A stretch of DNA of 64,000 bases from Eledone cirrhosa (lineage: Eukaryota), in assembly GCA_964016885.1 (NCBI GenBank), contig OZ024740.1:79050001-79114000 (forward strand), given 5' to 3'. The notes beneath the pieces are model-generated. The model had not been told where the DNA came from. It searched no databases and saw only the letters and a list, made by a program, of their open reading frames with translations. Positions 1 to 13,136 of this stretch are shown in pieces (the stretch's first letter is position 1; every line of letters starts with the position of its first letter). A program made the translations under genes and the position numbers.

Positions 1-54
1 ACAAATCTCTGGGACCTTGGCTTGATGTTCCGTTGTGAGATTGTCAGTCCCATA
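1..54 (+). CDS. Putative internal coding exon of an unidentified host gene (TNLWDLGLMFRCEIVSPI), 5' end outside window
   Basis: Only frame 1 is open; followed by donor GTAAGC at 55; phase 0 matches the next candidate exon. Confidence 0.4.
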
Positions 55-897
55 GTAAGCAGAGAAATAAACCTGGCTCAAAGAATAGAAGTGTTAGGTA
101 AGTCATGGAAAACCTGGTTCAAATCAACCAAAAGATTTAACATGCTAAACAAAGAATTGAAATGACTTTGTGTCAAGAACATGGCCACCTCCCTAATGCT
201 GGTGCTATGATAAAGTGTACCCTGTTTACTCTATAAACTGGTATGCATTAGGAAGAGCATCCAGACATTGAAAACCTGCCAAACAAAGGGTTGTGAGGAC
301 TTCAGTTGTATCAAAGACATTACAACCTCCTACTGTTGGTGCTATGATAAAATTCACTCAGTGGTTGGTATTAGGAAGGGAATCCAACTGTAGAAACCAT
401 GTCAAAACTGAAACATACATGAGATGAAGCCCCCAGCTCATCCAGGGGTACCGTAGCTCCGATTAAGTACTGACTTGATTTAGGAAAAACCCATACAACT
501 CATGTCAACATGGAAAAATGGATGTTAAAGGATGATGGTGATGATAAATATGATTTGAAGATTATTTTAAAAAATTAATGTATAAATAGCTACACATCTT
601 TAGTATTTGATGGATTTAGATCATTCACACCTATCATTCTAAATATCTTCTGAGTCAGCAGAGGGGCTTCTCTACAGTCACTCAACTTACTAGAAACAGC
701 AGCCAAATAGCACACCCTGCCCTTCCAAAAAATGAAAAATTACACCCAGCTACTTTAAAAGGGTTGTAGATTCACTGGCTGAAAAAAGGACAAGAAATAA
801 TTATTTGGTTATAGCTAGAATGTCTCTGATAAAAGAAAATTGCATAATTAAGGTTGACTTGAGACTAAACAACGACAACATTTTCTTGCTGTTTTAG

Positions 898-942
898 AGC
901 AAACTCCAGACTTTACCATATGATACAGCAACTGGAATTAAA
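898..942 (+). CDS. Putative coding exon (SKLQTLPYDTATGIK)
   Basis: Acceptor ttttcttgctgttttAG, donor GTAGGA, 45 nt, phase 0-0. Confidence 0.45.
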
Positions 943-999
943 GTAGGATTTTGGTGTAAATTAACAAGGAATATGGCTGAGTGAATCTAAAGACAGGAT

Positions 1000-1190
1000 T
1001 AGAGCAGGACTATGACTGTACCATGACAGGACTATGACAGGACTATGATAGTACTATGACAGGACTATGATAGTACTATGACAGGATTAGGGCAGGACTA
1101 TGACAGTACTCTGACAGGACTATGATAGTACTATGGCAGGATTATGGCAGGACTATGACAGGACCATGACAATACTATCATAGCACTAAT
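1000..1190. repeat. Degenerate 11-bp tandem repeat (CAGGACTATGA)
   Basis: Visible periodic units. Confidence 0.85.
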
Positions 1191-1376
1191 GACATTAACA
1201 TTTGAAAATTCAGAATAAAATGTTTGAGTTCAAATCCCACTGCAGTCAGCTTTGCCTTTCATGCTTCGAGGGGTGGTCAATGAAAATGTATGAGCCAAGT
1301 ACTGAGGTTGATTTAATTACTCTTACCCTTTCCCAAAACTTACTGGCCATGAACCTAAATTAGAGATCATTATATT

Positions 1377-1563
1377 GCGGTGGATTGGCAGTATCAGTAG
1401 AGGGTCGGACGCCATGCTTTCCAGCATAGTTACGTCCCTTTACGATCTGAGTTCAAATCCCGCCGAGGTTGACTTTGCCTTTCATCCTTACGGGGTCGAT
1501 AAAATAAAGTACCAGTAATGCACTGGGTAATTGCTGGCCTTGTGCCTAAAGTAGAAACAATTA
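1377..1563 (+). mobile_element. tRNA-derived SINE (dominant family), with a partial copy upstream at about 1220-1375
   Basis: A-box-like TTGGCAGTATCAG, B-box GAGTTCAAATCC, conserved GCCTTTCATCCTTACGGGGTCGATAAAATAAAGTACCAG, (ATT)-rich tail; many copies in window. Confidence 0.85.
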
Positions 1564-2664
1564 TATGTTGATAGTGATATAGTAATTATATTCTCTTTAT
1601 TCAGAAGGTAAAATGGGAGTCTGGGTTCCATGTCTTTCCCGATTGTATCAAGGAACCAATAAAATGACACAGCTTAACACAGCTTCATTCTGTTCACTGT
1701 AGAATCACCACTGCAGCCAAATAGATTAGTTATTGAGTTCAAATACAGACAGTATTGTTGTTGTAAATATGTGCCGGCCTCTTATCAAGGGATTTCCAGT
1801 CATGTCCTCTTCAAATTTTATTTAAACATACTGTATTGAGAACTATATTAGACAATCGATCTTTCCATTGTTAACATGATGGGATATGATTTGAAGGAGA
1901 TTTGATTGCTATTTGTAGTATGGGTATAGTTTGAGGGAGATTTGGCTGCTATTTAGCACAGATGTTCTGTTATTGGCCCTTGTCTGACAGTTATCATCAT
2001 CATCATCAGCTTTCCATGTTGTGGTGGGCTGGTCAGGTTGTTACAACCAAGTCAGTTCTTATTCAAAGTTACTAACCCTCTTAGACAGGTTGGAAGACCT
2101 GTGTGTTCCAATTTTTGGCATGATTTATATGGCTGGATACCCTTCCTAAGCCATGTTACAGAGTGTTCTGGCTACACTTTTTTGTAATACCAACACTATT
2201 TAAAGCTACTACCTTCTTAAACAGGTTGGAAGATCTGTGTTCCAATTATTGGCATGATTTATAAGGCTGGATACCCTTCTTAACACCAACCATGTTACAG
2301 TGTGTTCTGGATACACTTTTTGAAGCACCAGCATTAAAGAGTTCTCACTGATCTACATTATCTCTGCTTAATTGTCTAGTGTAGACAATTCACGTGTATA
2401 GTGTGATGCTGTGCTTGTTATGAAAGTGTTAACTCTTAACATTCTTATGATTTAGCAGAAAATATCTAAAAACAAATTTGTTAATTCAAATGTTTATAAT
2501 ATATTTACTAGTGGGCAGATCATTGTGAAAATTTGCAGTAGACAAATTTTTAATGAGATGCAGTCATAGTGTTGTATTTTTCAAGATTGTTTTGCTAATG
2601 TGTTTTCATGTGGTACAGGATGTTAAGAATTAATGAGAAGGACATATGGTGACATTGAGGATAA

Positions 2665-3040
2665 TCATGATGATGATGATGATGGCAGTATTGGTGGTAG
2701 TGGTGGTAGTAGTGGCAATGGTGATGATTGTGGTAGTGGTAGTGATGGTAGCAGAGGTGGTGATAGTCGTGGTGGGGTAGTGATAGTAGTAGTGATGGTG
2801 GCAGTGGTGATGGTAGTGGGGGTAATGATGGTGATGGTGGTGGCAGTAGCTGTGGTGGTGGTGGTGATGGTAGTGATGGGGGTAGTGATGGTGGTAGTGG
2901 TAGTAGTAGTTGTAGTGGTGATGGTAGTGGTGGGAATAGTGATGGTAGCAGTGGTGGGGATGGTTGTGTTGATGGTGGTGGGGGTAGTGATGGTGTCGAT
3001 GGTAGTAGTAGTGGTGGTCGTCGTCATTGTCGTTGTCGTT
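2665..3040. repeat. (GGT/GAT/AGT)n degenerate trinucleotide microsatellite
   Basis: Low complexity; source of poly-V/H/T ORFs. Confidence 0.95.
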
Positions 3041-3073
3041 ATTCAACTAATTCTTTTTACCAATATATTTCAG

Positions 3074-3109
3074 GTCTTGGAATCAATAATACAACACTTC
3101 CAGTCGACA
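3074..3109 (+). CDS. Putative coding exon (VLESIIQHFQST)
   Basis: Acceptor atatatttcAG, donor GTAAGT, 36 nt, phase 0-0. Confidence 0.5.
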
Positions 3110-3324
3110 GTAAGTATGTGTCAGAAGATATATTAAAGATTCTAGTATAACAAATGGTAAGATAGTAAGATGGTATGTGGAATGTTATAATAGTAAAACG
3201 GAATGGTATGATTGTATGGTGAAATGGTATGGTATAGAGTGACCACTAAAAGACTGAATGATATAAAACAAAAATAAGTTTTACAAACACATGGTTTTTT
3301 ATTTTATTATTATATTATTTGATT

Positions 3325-3510
3325 GATTGGCAGTATCAGTAGAGGGTCGGACGCCATGCTTTGCAGCATAGAGTTACGGCCCTTTATGATCTGAGTTCAA
3401 ATCCCGCCGAGGTTAACTTTGCCTTTCATCCTTATGGGGTCGATAAAATAAAGTACCAGTAATGTACTGGGTAATTGCTGGCCTTGTGCCAAAAGTAGAA
3501 ACAATTATTA
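3325..3510 (+). mobile_element. tRNA-derived SINE
   Basis: Near-identical to 1377-1563. Confidence 0.85.
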
Positions 3511-3919
3511 TATTATTTGGAAATATAAGTAATGGATTTTTTTAGCATTATGTGTGAAAAATAAGGGATTCTCTATAACCTGCAAAAAAAAAAAAAAAAA
3601 AATAAAAGAGATTGAAAACAAACAAGTTTTTCAGTGGCCACCCTGTAGAATACAATAGTATGATACTAAGATGCAATGGTAAGATTGTAAAGTAAAATTG
3701 TAAGGTGAATGGTATGGTGAATGGTATGATGCTAAGATGGAATAATTTGGTTTTTGATTTAGGCAGAAGGCCAACAAGTTTCCAATCCACCACCATGGTC
3801 TGATACTTTATCAACCTCAAATGGATGAAAGGCAAAGTCAAACTAAGCAGGATTTCAAATCAGAGTACAGAGAGTAGGATTAAATACCACAAGGCATTTT
3901 GTTCTTCACTAACAGTTCT

Positions 3920-4346
3920 GTATGTGTCCGTGTGTCTGTGCGTGTGTGTGTGTGCATGTGTCTGTGCATGGGTGTGTGTGTGTGAATGTGTCTGTGTGTA
4001 TCTATGTGTATGTCTGCATGTGTGTCTGTGTGCGCCTGCGCGCGTGTGTGTCTGTGAGTGTTTGTGTCTGTGTGTGTGTGTGTCTCTGTCTGTCTGTCTG
4101 TGCGTGTGTGTCTGTTTGTCTGTGAATGTGTGTGTCTCTGTGTGTGTGTGTGTCTATGTGTATGTGTGTGTCTGTGTGTCTCTGTCTATCTGTCTGTGCA
4201 CGTGTGTGTCTGTTTGTCTGTGTGTGTGTGTGTGTATGTGTGTGTGTGTATGTGTATGTGTGTGTGTGTGTCTGTGTGTCTCTGCTGTCTGTCTGGTTAC
4301 ATGTGTGTGTCTGTTTGTCTGTGTGTGTGTGTGTGTATGTGTGTGT
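3920..4346. repeat. (GT)n/(GTCT)n microsatellite
   Basis: Low complexity. Confidence 0.95.
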
Positions 4347-4599
4347 TATATTTAACCCTTTTGTGACCATATCTTTAATGAAACCTCTGCCTATATGTTT
4401 CATTTAATGTTTAATTTAAGGGGTTTAATAAAATAATTATTTAACATAAAAGTTTCTAAAATAAGATTTTGGCGGGAGCTTTTAATTTAAATATGAACAC
4501 TACAAAACAAGACCCTAGGTGGTCTTAGGCAGGTTGGTATCAATAGTGTTAAGTCAATATTTCTTCCTATTTACATATAACAAAGAATGACAATAATGA

Positions 4600-5275
4600 C
4601 CAGCCACTAAGACTGATCATAAAGACTTAACACTATGATTTACCACAGATTTTGACATCTATGATCAGTCATTTTGACCAGCCACTATACTGGGTGTTAT
4701 GATCAACTAGTTTGACCAACCACTGCCAGTGACCTCTATCACTTATAGCAGCGATTATGACCAACTACATGACCACATGTTATGACCAATCTCTTTGACT
4801 GACTGCTATTACTGATCATCTGCTATGACTGACCATTATCAGTTTACAACTATGACTGGCCACTATGACTAGCTCTATGACTTGTCACTATGACTGACCA
4901 TAATGATTGGCCACAATGATTGGTCACTATGACAGGTCACAAAAACTGGTCACTATGATTGGCCATACTGACTGGTCATAATGACTGACCACAATGATAG
5001 GACTCAATCACTGGTCACTATGACTGGCCACTATGACTGACCACAATGATTGACCTCAATCACTGGTCACTATGACTGACCCCAAAGATTGACCTCAATG
5101 ACTAGTCACTAAGACTGACCACTATGACTGACCACAATGATGAACCTCAATGACTGGTCGCAATGGCTGGTCACTATGACTGGCCACTATGACTGACGAC
5201 AATAATTGACCTCAATGACTGGTCACAATGACCTCAATGACTGGTCACAATGACTGACCACTATGACTGATCACT
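4600..5275. repeat. Degenerate ~13-bp minisatellite (TGACTGACCACTA-like)
   Basis: Periodic TGACTG(A/G)(C/T)CAC(T/A)A units. Confidence 0.85.
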
Positions 5276-5770
5276 ACCACCAAACCACATTCAATATATA
5301 ATACAGCTAATGTATTAAACTGTCTCTCTACAACACCATCTACAGGTACAGAAACCACTCCATCTGCAGCCATCTATGTTATTATTACCATTGGTTTCAT
5401 AACTGCTATCATTCTTCTAACCACTGCAATTTATTATGGTGTTCAGTCTAAACATCGGCTTTCGGAATACTTTCAGAGTATCTGTCCTTGTATTTGTAAA
5501 GGTAAATAGCACTTTAATAATTAGACCTGTCAATGCTCTCTCTCCCTCCCTCAGCACTCATTGCTCTTTCTCCCCCCCCCCCCTCTCTCTCTCTCTCAGC
5601 ACTCATTGCTCTTTCTCACTCTCCTCTCATCTGTTCATACTACTTATCATGTTGCCTTGAATGAATTGGACCAAAAAATACATGGGGAGGAAGTGATGAG
5701 TTTAGACAAATTGTCATTCAGATAAATTGATTGACAATTTGTCACACTGAATACCTATATATATATATAT

Positions 5771-5926
5771 AACGGCGATGAATTAGTTTTGCGAGGTTTT
5801 TGATATGAAATCGTGTCGAAACAAATATTGTTATACTTGGGGACGGTCATATATGTGTAATATTGCCAGAATTAATAACAACACACTCACTGTTTGGTTG
5901 GTTTTCGCTTCTGTGTCTTTTATATC

Positions 5927-5929
<3 letters not shown>
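5771..5929 (+). mobile_element. (TA)n-flanked dispersed repeat; second copy at about 41820-41960 (-)
   Basis: Shared ACTTGGGGA..GGTCATA..ATATTGCCAGAA..ACACACTCACTGTTTGGTTGGTTTTCGCTTCT; both copies abut TA tracts. Confidence 0.7.
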
Positions 5930-5984
<55 letters not shown>

Positions 5985-6026
5985 TATATATATACATATG
6001 TTTATATATATATATATGTTTATATA

Positions 6027-6074
<48 letters not shown>

Positions 6075-6100
6075 ATATATACATACATATATATATATAT

Positions 6101-6139
<39 letters not shown>

Positions 6140-6149
6140 TATATATATA

Positions 6150-7222
6150 TCATCATCATCATCATCATCATCAATGTTTAACGTCCGTGTTCCACGCTTG
6201 CATGGGTTTGGACGGGGGTATTCCCACTTGAGGCAAGAGTGATTGTCTTGCTCGCATAGGACTGTCTGGCAGGTTTTCTACAGTTGGATGCCCTTCCTAA
6301 CACCAACCACATTTACAGTGTGGGTCTGGGAGGTTTTTACCGTGTTGCCTACACGGCCACATTACAGCGTGGACTGTGTGTTTTTTTGTCGTGACACCTA
6401 CACGATCTCATTTGTTTCGGCCTGGATGGCGCTGCACCAACATAACTTTACATAGAACGGGGTGGTGTGGATGGGGTGGTGGTGGTGGGACGGGGTGTAT
6501 TTTGTTAGAGATGCCTACTGGCTGTAGTAGGTTTTACTATGTATTTAGTTAAGGCGGGTCTTCTCTGTTACTGAGTACCGCCAAAGGTCTCGGTCCAGTG
6601 ACATTGTCTTGGAGAGGTGTAAGTGTGTGAGGTCGGAGTTTATCAGCTCGTCCCAGGTTTTTCTAGGTCTGCCTATTCCGTGGCTACCGTCTATCTTTAT
6701 TGCCCTGCACTTTGTTATACAGCTATCGATTTTCATGTGCATCACGTGTCCATACCAACGTAGCCTTCTCTCGAGTAAACAACATCTGATCCCTCTTATT
6801 TCTAATTTTTTCCTTAGTTCGTTTATGCTTTGCCGTTCACGTATATTACTGTTACACATCCAGCGGAGCATGCAAGCTTCGTTCCTCTCTAGTCTGCGAA
6901 TATCCTCTGCACACAATGCCCAGGTCTCACTGCCATGCAACATTGCTGTTCGTATGCAGGCATCATACAACCTGCCTTTCATTTTAGGGAGAACCCTTTA
7001 GCAGCTAATAGTGGTATAAGCTCTCTGAACTTTTTCCATCCAGTTCTGACTCTAGCTACTGTACTTTCAGAGCACCCTCCCCCACTGCTGATTTTGTCAC
7101 CCAGGTAACGGAAGCTGTCCACTATTTCTATAGAACCCTCTGCGCAATTGAAAGAGCTAGTATTTTGTGGGCACTTGCTGCTACTTATTGCACCAGAGCA
7201 CCGGCCACATGTAAAATCTATG
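6150..7222 (-). mobile_element. 5'-truncated RTE-clade LINE (RT C-terminal region, 3' UTR, (TGA)n tail)
   Basis: ORF 6545-6982 has LHGSETW...RRLRWYGHV...GRPRKTW...DRDLWR, typical RTE C-terminus; (CAT)n at 6150-6172. Confidence 0.9.
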
Positions 7223-7408
7223 TTCTTATATATATATATGTTTATATATATATGTTTATATATATGTTTATATATATATATATGTTTATATATATATATA
7301 TATGTTTATATATATATATTTATATATATATGTTTATATATATATATATGTTTATATATATATATGTATATAATATAAGATCAAAAGATGGTTAAAGGAG
7401 TTCCATGT

Positions 7409-7477
7409 ATTTTATTATGCGCATTTCAAAAACAAACATCATCATGCAATAATATTTGTGTTTTCATCAGATAAAAC
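7409..7477 (-). ncRNA. Type I hammerhead ribozyme motif (family A)
   Basis: Reverse complement of 7575-7643. Confidence 0.75.
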
Positions 7478-7574
7478 AGGAGAACATGATATGAAGGCTA
7501 AAAAACACTTGTGGATAGTGCAGTTTTAAATCAACATCCACAAGTGTTTTTTAGCCTTCATATCATGTTCTCCT

Positions 7575-7643
7575 GTTTTATCTGATGAAAACACAAATAT
7601 TATTGCATGATGATGTTTGTTTTTGAAATGCGCATAATAAAAT
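7575..7643 (+). ncRNA. Type I hammerhead ribozyme motif (family A)
   Basis: GTTTTAT-CTGATGA-AAACACAAA...TTTGTTTTT-GAAA-TGCGCA-TA-ATAAAAT; palindromic stem III, AUA site. Confidence 0.8.
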
Positions 7644-7769
7644 ACATGGAACTCCTTTAACCATCTTTTGATCTTATATTATGTATACTCCAGTCCTACA
7701 AACTGTAGAGTGCTTCTTATCCGATATCTGCATTGCTTTATTGTACTACAATAAAACTCACCTCCTACA

Positions 7770-8242
<473 letters not shown>

Positions 8243-8249
8243 TGGTAAC

Positions 8250-8830
8250 ATGTATCCCAGTACAACCTGTCTCATGGTCGGGTCGTTGGCGACTAAACTG
8301 GCAACCCCACCAAGGTTTCTTGGTGAGGAGGGTGACTTTGGACATCCTGCAGGACTAAAAACAAAACCTGTCAAAGGGCAAAGGAGCTCTTAAGAGTCAA
8401 TGGCCTTCCAAAATCACCGGGAGAGATGACCCCTTAGCCTTTGTCAAGGCAGAATTCTAGGAGAAGGAAAACTCTGATATAACACCTGCAACCCTGATGG
8501 TATCCAATGATGTTGACTTGTTCTTCTTTTTGGTAAATATCATCTTGGTTAAGAGAGTGGGACTGGCTTTGTGCAATGCCTTTGCTCACTATAAAAGCTT
8601 CACGGCACAGGCATTGCTTTATATCTGGAGATCTCTCTGCACTTGTCATCACATGGTACCATGGGCCCAGCACTGTGTGTCAATAATTGTCACAGGTGTA
8701 GTGTTTGTACCAGAGTTTTCAAGTCGCTGGCTGGACTCAAAAGTCACACTCGTTCAGCGCATCGGTAGGGGTTCTCCTACATGGATATAAAGTAGTGGCC
8801 GTACTCGAAAACGAGTTGGCAGCCACCATA
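8250..8830 (+). mobile_element. RTE/BovB-like internally deleted derivative (5'-UTR-like start plus 3' end with C2H2 finger remnant)
   Basis: 8691-8768 translates to HRCSVCTRVFKSLAGLKSHTRSAHR*; upstream WRSL motif; GGAGAAGGAAAACTCTGA resembles RTE 5' regions. Confidence 0.55.
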
Positions 8831-8863
8831 TGTATATATATATATGTATATATGCGTGAATGA

Positions 8864-9190
8864 AGTATTTCCATCAGAAAGGTACAGGAAAAAAGAGTGC
8901 CTTATGTAGGCTACAGAGCTTATTAGTTATGTAATAAACAACATAAGATAATTATTTCATTTACCAGTGGTTTCTTGAAGACAGATGTTGTGTCTGTCTT
9001 CAGTCATAAATGTCCATGGTGTATGTTGGTTAATTTCCTGAAACTGTAGAGTGCTCAACTTAACGGGCTGGAAGATGCCAATCATGTATGTAATATAGAA
9101 TATGCTTCGATCATTCCCAGTTGGAGCTGTATAAATGGAGTATTTCCGTCAGAAAGGTACAGGAAAAAAGAGTGCTCTATGTAGGCTACA
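8864..9190 (-). mobile_element. 275-bp unit with ~50-bp terminal direct repeat in (TA)n, family B, with decayed HHR at 8958-9012
   Basis: AGTATTTCC.TCAGAAAGGTACAGGAAAAAAGAGTG..TATGTAGGCTACA at 8864 and 9139; homologous to 43833-43935. Confidence 0.75.
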
Positions 9191-9390
9191 TATATATATA
9201 TATATTACACACACACATATATAATTAAAAAAAACGATGAAGTTTCATTTGCATGTACTTATATTTTTATTGTGTGTTTAAGCACTCAATGCTAATATTT
9301 AGGTCCAGCTATCGATGTGGGATTCTACATTTGGTATTTCACCATAGTTTGTATCCTTAAGAAGCAGAGTGTTAATAATAATAATAATAA

Positions 9391-9582
9391 TGATTGTTTC
9401 TACTTTTGGCACAAGGCCATCAATTACCCCAGTGCATTACTGGTACTTTATGTTATCGACCCCGTAAGGATGAAAGGCAAAGTTAACTTTGGCGGGATTT
9501 GAACTCAGAACGTAAAGGGCCATAACTCTATGCTGTGAAGTATGGTGTCCAATGCTCTACTGATACTGCCAATCGACCACCC
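9391..9582 (-). mobile_element. tRNA-derived SINE
   Basis: Reverse complement of the SINE consensus. Confidence 0.85.
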
Positions 9583-9757
9583 ATAATAATAATGATAATA
9601 AAGAACAGGAACGAAGAATCAATATAACATCACTATGTTTAGTCATGCAAGATGAACATTTCACGATTGATCACAACTCAAGGTACAATCAGTGGTGATC
9701 AAGCCTAACTCTGGAATCAATAGTTCATCAGACTTGTGGAGTCTCTATGAATATATA

Positions 9758-9959
9758 TACGAGGGTGAGCTAAAAAGTTCATTGGCTGACTATAAAGGAT
9801 TGATGCTAGAGCTGTGAGATTTTGCATGCATTAATTTCAACTCTTGTTATTAATAACTGCGTTGTTGCTTTCCAGGGACTATTTTGAAAAATAAACCTCA
9901 TTTGGTCATTCCATGAAAGTATACTGGTCAGCCTATGAACTTTTCAGCTGACCCCCATA
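9758..9959. mobile_element. Tc1/mariner-type MITE
   Basis: TA-CGAGGGTGAGCTAAAAAGTTCATTGGCTGAC ... GTCAGCCTATGAACTTTTCAGCTGACCCCCA-TA imperfect TIRs, TA flanks. Confidence 0.7.
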
Positions 9960-10389
9960 GACTGGCTCAGTTTCTCTGATAGAAATTCCTACATTTTAGG
10001 ATAGACAATACCACCCAGCTTTCCATTTGCCTTCCATTCATCATCATCATCATCATTTAATATCCATTTTCCCTGCTAAACATGTAAAGAATTGTTGTGG
10101 AACTGTCAGTGACCAGGTCGTAGAGGTGTAACAAAAATGTTGACACCTCACAAAATAAATAACAGAATATAACAGTGTTTATGTTTCTTAAATAGCCAGG
10201 AGTTGTAATCAGCAGATACTATCAATAATAGAATGATCAATGGAAGCTATGTTTCCTTGATCTGATTAGATGATCAGCTCCTTTCTTTTTCCTTAACTAG
10301 CTAAAATGTATCTTCCACAATGTAAACCTGTAAAAACTTTGTTTAAAAAGTCTGCATTTTAATAGTATTTGTTTTATTTTGTTTTTCAG

Positions 10390-10411
10390 ATGAAAATGAC
10401 ATGGACAAGAT
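10390..10411 (+). CDS. Putative 22-nt micro-exon (MKMTWTR+)
   Basis: Strong acceptor ttttattttgtttttcAG, donor GTAAGT. Confidence 0.5.
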
Positions 10412-11840
10412 GTAAGTCTTTTCTTTTCTCTTGAAATCTGTAAATCATGTATGATTCTTTCACAGAGCAGGTTATATTGAGGGAGAGTAGACATTAGTCA
10501 AATTGATAACTGTGGTGTGGCTTGCTTGTATATCAGTAATTCAGATAGAAATGATGTATTACCAACATATAGGTAACAGGTTCAATCCCTGTCATTCCTA
10601 AATTTCTAATAAAAGTTTGTTTATCATTTTCAAATAATTTGGAAAATATTGAAGAATATTGAAGAATTTAGAAGAATCTAGTAATATAATTAATTTTCTC
10701 ATTATTAAGTTGGTGTGTAGAACATAACAAAGTTTCTTACATAAAATTATGATGGAAAGTTTTTTAGATAAATAAAATCACTTTAAAATAAATAGTTTTT
10801 ATAATAGAACCATGTGGTTTCGTGCAATTTAGTAATTAAAGGATTAATAGAATCAGAGTTTTGTGAAAAAAATATTGCCAGTGTCAGTTATATAGTCAAT
10901 AATCAATATTTAGTAGTGAGGTAAGACAATTAACTTAAAAACACATCCAAATGTTTAAATTTACAGAAGCATCTAACCCACATTAACAGTTTGAAACATG
11001 AAGAGAATGACATTTATAAATAAGTGAAAACTCCATTAGGAGAATATTGAGTTTTATCTAGTCCATAGAATAGAAATATAGTCACTGGCGAAGGTGAGAA
11101 ATATAATTACTATGAACTACAGCTATACATTATAGTCTAAAGATATTTATGTATAATAACAAAAACAATAATAGTTATCTAGACATGTATAAAAGTGTAA
11201 TAGGAAAGACTCATTCTCTCTTACATACACATATATACACCAGGTCCAAACACAAAAGAACCAAAATCCCACTGTCGCTGTCTCCATCTCTCCCACTCTC
11301 CCTATCTCTCACTATTGTGAGCAAATAGCCCCCCCCCCCCTCGGTGTGTGGACAAGGGGATAATAGAAATATAACAACTGGATATTACAGCTTATAGAGA
11401 ATAGCAGGGTATTGGTTCTGTGACTGTTAGTTAAGTGTTAAGTGTGGTAGTCTACCTGCTGGTCATGAAGTCAATCACAGGGTTAGTGAAATCATATGTG
11501 CTCTAGTTTAAGTAGAACTAGCAAGCAGCATCCCATGTAACTGAAAATTAATATGAGTATATCCCAGACACAGACAATCGAATGAGACAATATACCCCTG
11601 TGGTTTGAATAAAGGGTTTCATTTGAAATTCTAAAAATGTTACCAAATATGACATGCTCCTGAAATAAATTCTACAAGGCATCCAGTCCAATACTCTAAC
11701 AATTCCTCCACCCTCATCACCCTGGACTGGTACTTATTTATCAATCACAGAATGATAAAAGACAAAGTTTAAGATGGCTGGATTTAAACTGAGAGTGCAT
11801 AGAGCTGGAACAAATACCACAAGGCATTTAAACTAATGCT

Positions 11841-12056
11841 TTAACCCTTTAACATTAAAACTGGCCATATCCAGCAAAAATTCTCTCACCTCTTTCTGTT
11901 CAAACCGGCCATAATCGGCTGCTCATACTTATGTTAAGGTATTGATCTCAAAATAAATAATATCAAAATCTCATAGATTCAATATTATGTGAGATAAAGC
12001 CTTTACTGTGAAAATACAATTGTAAATATAGAGTAATTTAAATGCTAAAGGGTTAA
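11841..12056. mobile_element. piggyBac-type MITE
   Basis: TTAA-CCCTTTAACATT ... AATGCTAAAGGG-TTAA. Confidence 0.75.
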
Positions 12057-12345
12057 TCATTCTGCCAATTCACTGCTCTGATTGCAACAAAGTGGACCTT
12101 GCTCATGACACCTGTATGCCAGGTAGAGTGTTAAACCAGGTTATATATATACACACCATATGCTTTTATATAACATTTATCAATTTTGGTCTTCACTTTT
12201 GCAGCACAAATATAAGAGAGAATCAACCAAGTTCACATGACACAGAAGACCAGGTAAAACACCATCACCTTTCTTGTATTTTGTTGTTGTGGCACTTAAC
12301 TCTTGTGTAGGTTTGGCTGGCCATCTATGAGGTTTCTTGGGTGTT

Positions 12346-12574
12346 TTAACCTTTTAGTATTTGCATTGCTCTATATTTACTATTGTATTTTCATGGTAAA
12401 GGCTTTATCTCATATAATTATCTCACATAATATTGAATCTATGAGATTTTGATATTATTTATTTTGAAAACAATACCTTAATGTTGGTATGAGTGACCGG
12501 TTATGGCTGGTTTGAATTGATAGAGGTGAGAGAATTCTGGCCAGATATGGCCGGTTTAAATGCTAAAGGGTTAA
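12346..12574. mobile_element. piggyBac-type MITE, same family, opposite orientation
   Basis: TTAA flanks; internal sequence is the reverse complement of 11841-12056. Confidence 0.75.
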
Positions 12575-13080
12575 TGATAGGGGGCCCCTGGTTCTATTTT
12601 AAATTTTCTTGTATTCTGTTGATGTTATTGTTGTTGTTTAGTATCAGGTCACTGATACTAACAGACTTATAATGAAAGATAGTCAAGCCATGACCATCCT
12701 GCATAGTATATCTAGGACTACAATATCTAATGCGTCTTTAGCCCTTTAAGATGAACTGTATCTTTGTGATTCTATGGCCCCACACTTGAAACACTGTGTC
12801 ACACATATATATGAACAGTTATGTGAGTCCAGTTTAGCATAGGCACACCATATTCCTGTGTATTCTTTAAGGTGATTAAAAGGATTAGCACAGGGAAGGG
12901 TATCAGTATAAATTTGTTTTCTTTTATTTTTGTAACTTCTAACAAATTAAGTGGTTACTTGCTGTATTGCTGGTTATTTGCCCTCTTCTTAGGAGTGACT
13001 TCCACAAAAAAATGTAATTGTTGTATAATGTATGTATCTGGTATAATTGAATATAAAACACTAATTTTATTTTATTGCAG

Positions 13081-13136
13081 GGAGATTCCAAATTTTCCTC
13101 ACCAATTTTACCAGAATCAGAAACCTGTCAACATGA
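13081..13136 (+). CDS. Putative last coding exon (WRFQIFLTNFTRIRNLST*); exon may extend to a donor at about 13326
   Basis: Acceptor ttttattttattgcAG; continues the frame from the micro-exon to TGA 13134-13136; the other frames are also open, so frame is uncertain. Confidence 0.4.

Larger units (their letters stand above)
7370..7768. mobile_element. Palindromic HHR-bearing non-coding element, family A, in (TA)n
   Basis: ~150-bp inverted arms plus ~90-bp right tail; homologous to 54175-54593. Confidence 0.85.

Noticed and set aside
1377-1460. tRNA gene (A and B boxes)
   Set aside because: SINE head: no cloverleaf, followed by SINE body, many copies
5775-5836. GCGATGA...GAAACAAATATTGTT HHR-like remnant
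   Set aside because: Core incomplete and no convincing stem I
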